DNA from: an uncultured Gammaproteobacteria bacterium
GTDB lineage: Bacteria; Pseudomonadota; Gammaproteobacteria; DRLM01
Assembly: GCA_963729605.1 (NCBI GenBank)
Contig: CAVSNY010000005.1
Span: forward strand, 128,001-192,000
DNA length: 64,000 bases
Direction of reading: 5' to 3'
Shown piece after piece: positions 35,422 through 43,915 of this stretch. Each line of letters starts with the position of its first letter. Position 1 is the first letter of the stretch. Under the pieces are notes generated by a model. That model had not been told where the DNA came from, made no database searches, and saw nothing but the letters and a program-made list of their open reading frames with translations. The position numbers and the translations under genes are program-made.

Positions 35422-35943
35422 CTAAAAATTAAACCCAACGCCGATATTGTGAACAAATGCCCCGTCATTGAAATTATCATTCACATCGTCAGCCTTCTTA
35501 AAAAAGAATTGATATTCCTCTAGGAAGTATACGAAGGTATTTGGTGTAGCATAATATTTAATGCCCACTTCTGGACCTGCAATACCGGTATCCTGGACAC
35601 CTTCCCCATAAATTGCACCCACCTGCACACCCACTAAGGGACGCCATTTACCTAGGTTCCAATGATAATCAAATACCAAGCGAGTTGAGCCGTTCCACAT
35701 GTCATCGCCTGCGAGATCCGCGTAATTCACACCTTGTCTAATTGACATTTGCCAATTGTCGGTAAGATACGAACCGTAACTGGCGGACAATCCTAGCGTG
35801 CCTCGATCAAAATCATTATTACTGGTTCCAGCACCCGACAGAGTAAACTCACGGTCTCCTTTTACTGGCCCATAACTGTCAATCGCATGCGAAGAAAGAG
35901 GTACGCCGCTCAAAAATAAACAAATGGACAAGAATTTTTTCAT
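35422..35943 (-). CDS. Small outer-membrane beta-barrel protein
   Basis: Signal peptide (SHA cleavage), amphipathic beta-strands, C-terminal IGVGFNF BAM-type signature. Confidence 0.8.
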   Translation of the reverse strand: MKKFLSICLFLSGVPLSSHAIDSYGPVKGDREFTLSGAGTSNNDFDRGTLGLSASYGSYLTDNWQMSIRQGVNYADLAGDDMWNGSTRLVFDYHWNLGKWRPLVGVQVGAIYGEGVQDTGIAGPEVGIKYYATPNTFVYFLEEYQFFFKKADDVNDNFNDGAFVHNIGVGFNF

Positions 35944-36010
35944 GAATCTCTCCTTTATTAGTAAAAATTACCAACTATTTAAAATAGTCAATCGAGACGC
36001 CCAACACACC

Positions 36011-36181
36011 TTACAAGGGGGGTGTAGCCCTTCTTCCAAATATTAAAAAAACTACGAATAAGACCAAGAATAAAAAGAAAAGTATTTTCGCTATACCTAC
36101 CGCGGCGCCTGCTATTCCAGTGAATCCCAGCAATCCCGCGACGATGGCGATAATTAGAAATGTAATTGCCCAGCCAAGCAT
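36011..36181 (-). CDS. DUF1328 (YtjA/UPF0391) small membrane protein
   Basis: Not in the ORF track; manual translation [56 protein letters not shown]; AAGGAG RBS. Confidence 0.9.
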   Translation of the reverse strand: MLGWAITFLIIAIVAGLLGFTGIAGAAVGIAKILFFLFLVLFVVFLIFGRRATPPL

Positions 36182-36236
36182 AATTGATCTCCTTTCAACA
36201 ACTGAATTTCACGCGGAATTTTTAAAAATTAATATT

Positions 36237-36419
36237 CTATCTGTCGAGCTTATCTTCGACTCTATCACCGGCATTTTCTATTTTGTCGCCCGCGTTCTCT
36301 ATGGAGTTGTCTATTTTTTCTCCCGCTTCCTCCATGGGTCCTTGTTGCTCACATCCCATCAGAGATACTGTTAATACGCCTGCGAGCGTAGTCATTAAAA
36401 TATATTTACTAGTGTTCAT
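36237..36419 (-). CDS. Small lipoprotein
   Basis: Lipobox LMGC, hydrophilic repeats (AGEKID/AGDKIE/AGDRVE), AAGGAG RBS. Confidence 0.8.
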   Translation of the reverse strand: MNTSKYILMTTLAGVLTVSLMGCEQQGPMEEAGEKIDNSIENAGDKIENAGDRVEDKLDR

Positions 36420-36482
36420 TTTTATCTCCTTTGATTAATAAAAATAAAAATATGAAAGAAACACAACCCATGAATTAATGGT

Positions 36483-36498
36483 TGCAGGTTATGTGCCA
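36483..36498 (-). promoter_or_regulatory. sigma54 -24/-12 promoter candidate
   Basis: Minus strand TGGCACATAACCTGCA, 63 nt upstream of the lipoprotein-DUF1328-OMP unit. Confidence 0.72.
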
Positions 36499-37015
36499 TA
36501 AAAATTAAATCGAGTTAAAAGTTCTTAAATAGCAATTTAAGAGGAGTTAAAGGAGTTGAAAAATATCGAGGAAAGTTAAATTTATAAAAATAGGTCGAAA
36601 AAATTACTAGCAACAGAAATATTTACATTTATTTCGATCCAATTCATAAAAATAAAGCAAAGATTAAATAATAGTTTTGCATGGACGAATCGAATAAACC
36701 CAGCCGGCGATTAACGACACGCGCCATAATATCGAGCCGTTCATCCACACCGTTTTTCATGCGTAAAGCTTAGAAAAATAAAAACGTATTGAAAAGATAC
36801 GCTCTTTTCAATAAACCCATTTTTTATAAAACTCTATGGTTAATTATTAGATATTTTTATCACGCATAATGAAGTTATTGCCTCTACAATCTCTAAGCCT
36901 TCAGCCTCAAAACAGCCGACAGTCTTGCCATAACTTTTAAGGCGACCTCATAGTCGCCCCTATCCGAACACCTGTCTTCAAGAAAGTCAGCGGCGGAGAC
37001 AAACATTCCTCCAAA

Positions 37016-37348
37016 CTACTCAGACAGCCTACTTCCAAACAATTTCGCGACGGCAAATCCAACTCCAAAAGCCGCGAGCAAACTGGTAACAGGATAATCG
37101 GAAATATGCCCTTCCATGTTACCCATTAACTCTCTTCCTTTAATGCGGGCATCATGTAATCTATTTTTTATTTCGTCCTCACCATCATCAATGTGTCCTT
37201 TGATTTTTACCCGGGCGTTTTTCGCTTTTTTAGCCGCGACCTCGCGAAGCTCGTCTAGCAGGCCAGAGGTATCAGCTTGCAGTTTGGAAAAATCAGCTTT
37301 CAAAGTATCAAATTCCTTACGCAACTCGTTATCAGACTTATCAGCCAT
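37016..37348 (-). CDS. DUF883 / ElaB-YqjD family tail-anchored membrane protein
   Basis: Helical N-region then ISDYPVTSLLAAFGVGFAVAKLF C-terminal anchor; AAGGAG RBS. Confidence 0.8.
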   Translation of the reverse strand: MADKSDNELRKEFDTLKADFSKLQADTSGLLDELREVAAKKAKNARVKIKGHIDDGEDEIKNRLHDARIKGRELMGNMEGHISDYPVTSLLAAFGVGFAVAKLFGSRLSE

Positions 37349-37429
37349 GGTCAACTCCTTTTATAAGTATTAGCGTTCATCCTTGAGGGGGCACATTCTG
37401 GCCCCCTCTTTATTGATGAAATAAATTAT

Positions 37430-37849
37430 CTATTCCCAATAAGGGCGAGATCCGTAATAGGTATGAATATTACTCGCCCATTGTAAATCAGCCATTGCTG
37501 GCCAATGATCTTTATCAAAACCAGGCGCATTCTTAAGCCGATCTTTTTCTATGTCGAGAATGAAACATTCACGTTCGGCATCCAACGTCAAAGCTTCCCA
37601 AGGGATCGCGAACAATTTATCACCCAGTCCTAAAAAGCCGCCGAAGGAGAGAACGGCATACGCTACACGGCCACGGGGAACATCCAACATGATGGCTTCA
37701 ATCTTTCCCAAATCTTCACCTATCGCATTTACTACCGAATCCCCCGTCAGAGAATCTGAAGTCATCAGCGTAGGCCCCGGACCCGGGTTATCCAGGTACG
37801 GTGATCCTCCGCCGATAATTTTTCCGGAATTATGAATATTTGTTTCCAT
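37430..37849 (-). CDS. PRC-barrel domain protein
   Basis: GEDLGKIEAIMLD...YAVLSFGGFLGLGDKLFAIPW, LKNAPGFDKDHWP. Confidence 0.9.
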   Translation of the reverse strand: METNIHNSGKIIGGGSPYLDNPGPGPTLMTSDSLTGDSVVNAIGEDLGKIEAIMLDVPRGRVAYAVLSFGGFLGLGDKLFAIPWEALTLDAERECFILDIEKDRLKNAPGFDKDHWPAMADLQWASNIHTYYGSRPYWE

Positions 37850-37902
37850 AATAAAACCTCCAAATTAAAATCTTCACATATCGTTGCTTGCGATAGGGTG
37901 AG

Positions 37903-37918
37903 TGCAAAGGTCACGCCA
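37903..37918 (-). promoter_or_regulatory. sigma54 -24/-12 promoter candidate
   Basis: Minus strand TGGCGTGACCTTTGCA, 53 nt upstream of the PRC-barrel gene. Confidence 0.72.
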
Positions 37919-38125
37919 TCCTTAATTATAAAAATTAAGATTGTTTAATTTGTTACTTCAATACCATTTTCAACTCATACATTTTTAAAATCATCGATAT
38001 AACTCTTAAAATTACTAAAATTTTTACAACAACCTGTAACAATTACACATCATAGTACTTTTAGATGTATTAAATCTTGTCCTGAAGGAGAGCGGAAAAT
38101 TAATCCCCGTTCAAGCTTCTTAAGA

Positions 38126-38689
38126 TTAGAATTTATTCTGGCCATATTGGTTATTTCCCATGTTATTAAGCAAACTGGCGAGATCTTCGGCGTGTTCTTC
38201 CTCTACCGCCAATATTTCTTCCAGCATTCTTCGTGAAGTCGGATCGCTCTTATCCAAGAACTCGATAATCTCTCTATAACTGTCTATGGCCACACGCTCC
38301 GCAACCAAGTTTTCTTTTATCATGTCCATCAAGGAACCACCCTCAACATACTCAGAATGGCTGCGCGACAGCATTCCTTCAGGTGAAAAATTGGGCTCCC
38401 CTCCCAGCTGGACTATTCGTGAAGCGATACTATCGGCGTGTGTTTGCTCTTCGTTGGCGTGCTCAAGAAATTCGGCGGCTACTCCTTTGGCATTGATTCC
38501 ATTTGCCATGAAATAATGTCTCTTATATCTAAGAACACACACTAACTCCGTCGCCAATGCATCATTTAATAGTTTAATCGTAAGTTCTCGGTCTCCCTTA
38601 TAACTTGTGGTCACCGCTCCTTCTTCCATATGTTGTCTTGCGCGTTTTCGTAATTCTTTTATATCAAGCATAAAATGATTTGTTTCCAT
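38126..38689 (-). CDS. Ferritin-like/bacterioferritin-related protein
   Basis: LATELVCVLRY, EEQTHAD, ENLVAERVAIDSY, EEEHAED ferroxidase-type ExxH motifs. Confidence 0.88.
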   Translation of the reverse strand: METNHFMLDIKELRKRARQHMEEGAVTTSYKGDRELTIKLLNDALATELVCVLRYKRHYFMANGINAKGVAAEFLEHANEEQTHADSIASRIVQLGGEPNFSPEGMLSRSHSEYVEGGSLMDMIKENLVAERVAIDSYREIIEFLDKSDPTSRRMLEEILAVEEEHAEDLASLLNNMGNNQYGQNKF

Positions 38690-38772
38690 TGGTATGACCT
38701 CCAGTAATTATTCCTCAGCACCGGATGTGCTTATCTTTAAATTTCGACCCGGTTTTCTTACATTGCCTGTAC

Positions 38773-38788
38773 AGCAATATGCATACCG
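38773..38788 (-). promoter_or_regulatory. sigma54 -24/-12 promoter candidate
   Basis: Minus strand CGGTATGCATATTGCT, 83 nt upstream of the ferritin-like gene. Confidence 0.6.
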
Positions 38789-38928
38789 CTTAAAAGGCGT
38801 TTTCTTGAATCGGTGGCCATGGGAAGAGGAGCAATCCTTACAATATCCGTGAATTATTTTCTTATTTTTTCAAAAATCGTCATCGCCGACATATCATCAT
38901 GCTATTGATTAATAAATATAAATTAGAC

Positions 38929-38944
38929 TGGCATATGACTTGCT
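38929..38944 (+). promoter_or_regulatory. sigma54 -24/-12 promoter candidate
   Basis: TGGCATATGACTTGCT, 93 nt upstream of the BON gene. Confidence 0.72.
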
Positions 38945-39037
38945 TTTTCACACCACAAGACCAACTACCGGGTTGGTTGGAATTTAAATCCTGAATTCAC
39001 GCTTACACAGATTTCTTAAATTTCCAGGAGAAATATC

Positions 39038-39367
39038 ATGGTAAAAACTTATAGAAATACAATCGGCATTTTATTTCTAGCCTTTTTTATGGGCTTGGCT
39101 GGATGCGCTTCGACAAATACAAGCCAAAGCACTGGGGAATTCATTGATGACAGCGTTATCACCGCAAACGTAAAAAGCGCTTTGTTAGCTGAAAAAATGA
39201 CACCCGGCATGAGCATAGAAGTCGAAACTTTTAAAGGACGAGTTCAATTGAGCGGGTTCGTCGATTCTTCGACGCAAGCCAAGAAGGCAGAAACCGTCGC
39301 GTCTCGTGTCAAAGGTGTTAAGTCGGTAATAAACAATATCGAAGTTAAAACAGATCACGCCCGCTGA
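39038..39367 (+). CDS. BON-domain (OsmY-like) lipoprotein
   Basis: Lipobox LAGC; IDDSVITANVKSAL...VETFKGRVQLSGFV...VKGVKSVINNI. Confidence 0.9.
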   Translation: MVKTYRNTIGILFLAFFMGLAGCASTNTSQSTGEFIDDSVITANVKSALLAEKMTPGMSIEVETFKGRVQLSGFVDSSTQAKKAETVASRVKGVKSVINNIEVKTDHAR

Positions 39368-39429
39368 AGCCCGGTAAAACTTTATCCGCGGCTAATGAAT
39401 ACATTCAAGCATTCAAAAGGAGTTGATTT

Positions 39430-39675
39430 ATGAACACCATAAATTCTTCCAAATCGCTCTCAAACATCGTAAGCGGCGCGGTATGCTGGCTGGACAACGA
39501 CTCCGTTACCAATCGGTTCGACCCGGGTATCGAAGATGACGATTATATGAATATCCTTACTTATGAAGATCCCCATTTAAGCCTTTCCTATGAAGGCCGT
39601 GAAATTTCACTTCCATCAAATCTCGATCAAGCGGCCAATCTTATCGATGATGAAAAAGAGCTTTATATTTTTTAA
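39430..39675 (+). CDS. Hypothetical acidic protein (81 aa)
   Basis: AAGGAG RBS; in line between the BON and CsbD genes. Confidence 0.6.
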   Translation: MNTINSSKSLSNIVSGAVCWLDNDSVTNRFDPGIEDDDYMNILTYEDPHLSLSYEGREISLPSNLDQAANLIDDEKELYIF

Positions 39676-39726
39676 TGCGGATGTATTTAAATTTTCGGCG
39701 GCAAAAACCAACACAGGAGTAGTATC

Positions 39727-39924
39727 ATGAACTGGGATCAAGCAAAAGGTAATTGGAAACAAATGAAAGGCAAAGTTAAAGAGCAATGGGGCGAGCTCAC
39801 CAATGATGAAATCGACATTATCAACGGCCGCCGCGACCAGTTGCTCGGCTCAATCCAAAAACAATATGGGATAACCCGTGAAGAAGCGGAACGGCAAGTC
39901 AAGGAATTTGAAAAGCATCATTGA
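39727..39924 (+). CDS. csbD: CsbD/YjbJ family stress protein
   Basis: MNWDQAKGNWKQMKGKVKEQWGELT...GSIQKQYG. Confidence 0.93.
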   Translation: MNWDQAKGNWKQMKGKVKEQWGELTNDEIDIINGRRDQLLGSIQKQYGITREEAERQVKEFEKHH

Positions 39925-39945
39925 TATTTTCAACTACTATTTTCA

Positions 39946-39981
39946 AAAAAAGCTATGCCTGGAGACAGGCATAGCTTTTTT
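39946..39981. terminator. Bidirectional Rho-independent terminator
   Basis: AAAAAAGCTATGCCTG-gaga-CAGGCATAGCTTTTTT. Confidence 0.85.
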
Positions 39982-40143
39982 ATTGGCATGAAACAACACT
40001 CTATTGATGACGGTAAGGATTAAAGTGCTTTGGTTACTCATGGGAGAACTGAACCCCGCGCTTGATCAAGAGGGTATATCGCAATACCCGTCCTTGATCC
40101 CCCTCCCATCGCGTTTATCCTTGCGGTAAGCCGCAAGCAAGAG

Positions 40144-40638
40144 TTAATGGTTATGACCGCCGACGCCATGAGCATGGCCATGGGTGATTTCCTCTGATGT
40201 GGCATCACGCACATCGATCACTTCAATCTCGAAATTCAGGGTTCTGCCGGCCAAGGGGTGATTAGTATCCACATCAATGGTCTTGAGTCCGGCTTTGATT
40301 ACCGTTACATCGCGTGGACCGTGGTTGGTATTTATCTGTACCGTCATGCCGGGTTTATAACTAACCTTTCTATTGGTGGGATTGATTACATGTTTAATCG
40401 ACACCCTTTGCACCGCATCCTCCCGCCGCAGTCCATAGGCCTTTTCGGGCGGCAAGGTAATCGTATAGTTATCGCCGGCCTGTTTACCCTTCATGGCTTC
40501 GGTCAATCCCGCCAGCATGCCTTGTTGGCCATGTACATAAACCACCGGCTGGCTATCATGAGAATCCTCGAAAACCGGCTGGCCCGGCTCGCTCAAACGA
40601 TAATGAAAGGTGACGACTTTATTGATTTCAACCAACAT
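40144..40638 (-). CDS. slyD: FKBP-type peptidyl-prolyl isomerase, SlyD-like
   Basis: VVTFHYRL, LPPEKAYG, DTNHPLAGRTLNF, His-rich tail HGHAHGVGGHNH. Confidence 0.88.
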   Translation of the reverse strand: MLVEINKVVTFHYRLSEPGQPVFEDSHDSQPVVYVHGQQGMLAGLTEAMKGKQAGDNYTITLPPEKAYGLRREDAVQRVSIKHVINPTNRKVSYKPGMTVQINTNHGPRDVTVIKAGLKTIDVDTNHPLAGRTLNFEIEVIDVRDATSEEITHGHAHGVGGHNH

Positions 40639-40761
40639 GACTCTCTCCAATTATTTTCATGGTCGCGCGCAACGCCATATTATTGAGGTTTTCATGAATT
40701 GGGAACATACCGGCGCAAAATCGGGCCGAATTATCGGCACACGGCACAAGATTTCAGCCCA

Positions 40762-41238
40762 TTACCGCTTGACATAACGACGATCGGCTAAAATTCGGTA
40801 GATAACCGCCGCGGAAATGCCAAAGGCAATATGGGTCAAAAAGGTGATCCAATCACGCGCGACTTCAAACCAAGGGAAAAGCTGGACGAACCCATGCAAA
40901 TTAATCACATATAGGCTAAGGCCCCACACGCCTCCGACCAATACCGCACACGGCAAGGCGCACCGGGATATCAGGCAGGCCAGAAGCACCGTGCAAACAA
41001 TGGACAGTGAGAAATGGATCAGCGTCGCGGCCGACATCACCAGCCAATCAAACGTGACCGGCGGCGGCAACACCCCGACTCCCAGTACCAGGGCAGCGGT
41101 CAATCGAGCGTCGCGGTAGAGTATCCAGGGCAGAACATCCCAGAATCCCCACCATAAAGTGATCTGCACCAGCGTGGTGATCACCCCGGCGATGATCCCC
41201 GCATAAATCGCCGCTTTCCAATTCACCGCAGTGCGCAT
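40762..41238 (-). CDS. Hypothetical 4-TM membrane protein
   Basis: Four hydrophobic segments with His residues (LIHFSLS, LTHIAFG). Confidence 0.65.
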   Translation of the reverse strand: MRTAVNWKAAIYAGIIAGVITTLVQITLWWGFWDVLPWILYRDARLTAALVLGVGVLPPPVTFDWLVMSAATLIHFSLSIVCTVLLACLISRCALPCAVLVGGVWGLSLYVINLHGFVQLFPWFEVARDWITFLTHIAFGISAAVIYRILADRRYVKR

Positions 41239-41255
41239 CGTCCCACCCCCGACTT

Positions 41256-41735
41256 TCATCCATGCATCAGACTCACCAATCGGGTATTCAATAAACACGC
41301 CATGCCCTCCGCACCTTGGCGCATAATTTGATCATGGTTCCATTTGAACACGGGCCGGGCGATGGGGGCGATGATATTCATCCAGCGGCGGTTGGTACGT
41401 ACCTGCCATTCATAACGCACCACGGTCACCATACCCTCATCGGCGAAATGCCAGCGCCCTATCCCCTCCACTTCGCCGCTGGCCCGCCCTTCGACCAGCG
41501 TCAGCGGTATGGCATGGGTCACCTCTATGTCGAAGGTGAGCCGATAAGGCAACGGCCCCCGCCAGGTAAAGCGCCGCAGACTGCCCACGCCGTTCTCGCC
41601 GCCCGGAACGAATTCCTCGACCTTTTCCACTCCCCGCCACCATGCCGGCCAATGCCGGCACTGCGAGATGGCATCACACACCTCTTGTATGGGCGCCTCT
41701 ATCCTCCACTCGGTGACAAACTGGAATTGCGCCAT
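41256..41735 (-). CDS. SRPBCC (polyketide cyclase/dehydrase-like) family protein
   Basis: WRIEAPIQEV...WPAWW...GIGRWHF pattern typical of the START/SRPBCC fold. Confidence 0.8.
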   Translation of the reverse strand: MAQFQFVTEWRIEAPIQEVCDAISQCRHWPAWWRGVEKVEEFVPGGENGVGSLRRFTWRGPLPYRLTFDIEVTHAIPLTLVEGRASGEVEGIGRWHFADEGMVTVVRYEWQVRTNRRWMNIIAPIARPVFKWNHDQIMRQGAEGMACLLNTRLVSLMHG

Positions 41736-41740
41736 GCCGC

Positions 41741-42343
41741 CTAGTGATCGAAAAAGCCGTCGGGAAATTCGGGGTCGATCTGCACATCCGCCATCTCGAC
41801 CGTCTCAAGCAGCCGCCCGTGCCTATCCAGGCTTGACACTTGGCTGGGGAAACCGGTCAAGCAATCCAGCCATAACCGATAACCGGAAACGATTCCGACC
41901 GAGGCATCCTCACCGCCGTTGATTCGCATATGCAGCGATTCCCGCCCACCGATCGTATCCACGCCTGTCACCTCGGCATAACCACGCGCCCGCAGCTTTT
42001 TTATATTTTCATACAAGGTCCCCACATCGGACTGGTCCACCCGTTGTCCGGTCGGACTTTGAATCAAACTATTTTCAGGACTCAGGCTCAAGGCGGGAAA
42101 ATTGCGATGGCCGAACGGCCAAAGCTTGGCGCGCCGAATAAATGGATGGTAGATGAGCACCGCCCCTCTATAGGATGTCTCGAACTCGAGGCGGACATAA
42201 CCGGGTTTCTGGAAATAATAACGGATGACCTCGCTTTTGCCCGCGCTCAGCGATTTCAAAATGACTTGATAAGCAGCGACCGTCTGATAATAGTCGATGG
42301 CGGTTTGCAGCGGATCGGCGGTATCGGCGCAAAGAAGAACCAT
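41741..42343 (-). CDS. LolA-like / lipoprotein-sorting-fold protein
   Basis: YFQKPGYVRLEF, LWLDCLTGFP, DPEFPDGFF resemble LolA-fold motifs; start uncertain. Confidence 0.6.
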   Translation of the reverse strand: MVLLCADTADPLQTAIDYYQTVAAYQVILKSLSAGKSEVIRYYFQKPGYVRLEFETSYRGAVLIYHPFIRRAKLWPFGHRNFPALSLSPENSLIQSPTGQRVDQSDVGTLYENIKKLRARGYAEVTGVDTIGGRESLHMRINGGEDASVGIVSGYRLWLDCLTGFPSQVSSLDRHGRLLETVEMADVQIDPEFPDGFFDH

Positions 42344-42442
42344 AACGCAGAACTCCTCACGGCGCCGGCCACCATCAACGCCACGATTCGACCGTCAGCT
42401 TACGGGGTTCCAACCTCCGCAAACCAACGGCATCCTGGCCCA

Positions 42443-42868
42443 TCAAGCGTTGGACAATCCAAACCAGGATTTGAATAGCTTGATGCGTTCGATTTTCTTC
42501 GAGTCCGGCAATAGGATGTAAAATGGCGAAAAACGTATGGAGATGGTTTTTCCATCGCCCCACGGCCACCAGGAACAATAGATCAGATCGTTCTGGCGCG
42601 GGTCGGACGTGAACAATATTTGCCCTGCCCGCAGTCCCCCGAAATGATTATCGAGAAACTGCACGACGTCCGGCGCGCGGTCGATATTGGAGACATCCCA
42701 CGCGTTGGCGAGATGGCGTTGCATGACCGCGCGTATTTTATCCTGGTCAGCCGCGCGAAACTCGGCCAGCAGGCACTCGAATCGGTCATCCCATTTCCAG
42801 ACCCCGCCGTTCAAGGCGCCGAACAATTCCCTGCAAAAATTCTCTTCCGAACTAAGAAGCGGTCCCAT
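42443..42868 (-). CDS. Hypothetical protein
   Basis: GAGG RBS; Trp-rich 141-aa ORF co-oriented with neighbours. Confidence 0.6.
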   Translation of the reverse strand: MGPLLSSEENFCRELFGALNGGVWKWDDRFECLLAEFRAADQDKIRAVMQRHLANAWDVSNIDRAPDVVQFLDNHFGGLRAGQILFTSDPRQNDLIYCSWWPWGDGKTISIRFSPFYILLPDSKKIERIKLFKSWFGLSNA

Positions 42869-42912
42869 CAGCGTCCCTCTATTGTTTTAAGACTCGACCC
42901 GATCCTATCGAA

Positions 42913-43200
42913 TCAATCGGGTCTGATTCCATCCATCTCCCGCGGTCCTTCCGCCGAGTCCGTCAGGGCGCGGGTATTCATATATAAACTTTCCACCTTC
43001 GCCCTCGCCCACGGGGTTTTTCTCAAAAACTTCAGACTGGATTTAATACTCGGCTCCTGCGTGAAACACTTGATACTGATCATACGACCCAACTCATTCC
43101 AACCGTAGTGTTCCACCAGCCGAGTCACCAGCATTTCCAGCGTAACACCATGCAGGATATTATTGGGTTGCCGGTTCCCATCTTGATTCGGTTTATTCAT
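42913..43200 (-). CDS. VF530/DUF2132 family DNA-binding-like protein
   Basis: LHGVTLEML...YGWNELG...[24 protein letters not shown]. Confidence 0.88.
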   Translation of the reverse strand: MNKPNQDGNRQPNNILHGVTLEMLVTRLVEHYGWNELGRMISIKCFTQEPSIKSSLKFLRKTPWARAKVESLYMNTRALTDSAEGPREMDGIRPD

Positions 43201-43238
43201 CGTCTGAAAAATATCAATGTTTAAGCCTACCGGCGCCG

Positions 43239-43496
43239 TCAATCATCCTGCTTCTTGCCCACCTCCGCCTTTTTCACGCGGATTTTATTGCCGTCCACCT
43301 CCCGGCCGTTGAGTTGTTTGATCGCCGCCTTGGCTTCGCCGGCGCGCGGCATTTCGGCGAAACCAAACCCTTTGGATTTTCCCGTCTCATGGTCGATCAC
43401 CAGCTTGCAATATTGCACCGCGCCATAGGTCTGCAACATGTCCAACACATCCTGCTCGGTGGTTTCCCGAGACAAATTGCGCACCAAGATTTTCAT
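43239..43496 (-). CDS. RRM (RNP-1) RNA-binding protein
   Basis: KILVRNL (RNP2) and [10 protein letters not shown] (RNP1); start ATG 43496. Confidence 0.9.
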   Translation of the reverse strand: MKILVRNLSRETTEQDVLDMLQTYGAVQYCKLVIDHETGKSKGFGFAEMPRAGEAKAAIKQLNGREVDGNKIRVKKAEVGKKQDD

Positions 43497-43915
43497 GCTT
43501 ACACCGTAAAAATATCCGAATTCGTCGTGGGAGGCGGCCGCGCTTAATGTGCACCCACCGTCAATGGCATCGATCCCGTTCCCTGACGGCGACCCGCCAA
43601 GCCGCCATTGTGACAAGAAGTCATGCGTTAATAAAGAAAACCGCGCGGGTCGGGTACTTCCCGGCGCAAAGGCGACTTGGGCGGCGACCCGATCCAAGTT
43701 GTGCCGGACCGCCGTCCTATCAAGGCGTGCCGGCCCGCCCCACGGCGGTAATCGGCGTCGCCACCGCGCCCCACTGGACTTGGGTCAGCTACACGGCCGG
43801 GATGTGTTTAGGATGCGTGAAATCGAGCTGGGTCTGCGTACGCAGCTTCATCGGAAAGCCAGGCGAGCGCGGCAATATCCGTCGTAACTTAAGGTCATCT
43901 GGGTGCGCCCTTTCC

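Larger units (their letters stand above)
28900..40000. other. AT-rich genomic island of stress-response and sigma54 regulatory genes (boundaries approximate)
   Basis: Abrupt visible shift to AT-rich sequence and codon usage relative to the GC-rich flanks; no integrase or tRNA seen at the edges. Confidence 0.7.

Noticed and set aside
36890-37010. 37-aa ORF (MFVSAADFLEDR...) downstream of the ElaB-like gene
   Set aside because: GGAGGA abuts the ATG with no spacer, and the ORF spans a terminator-like hairpin.
28600-40100. Prophage, ICE or integron as vehicle of the AT-rich island
   Set aside because: No integrase, transposase, tRNA target or flanking direct repeats recognised; only composition supports foreign origin.
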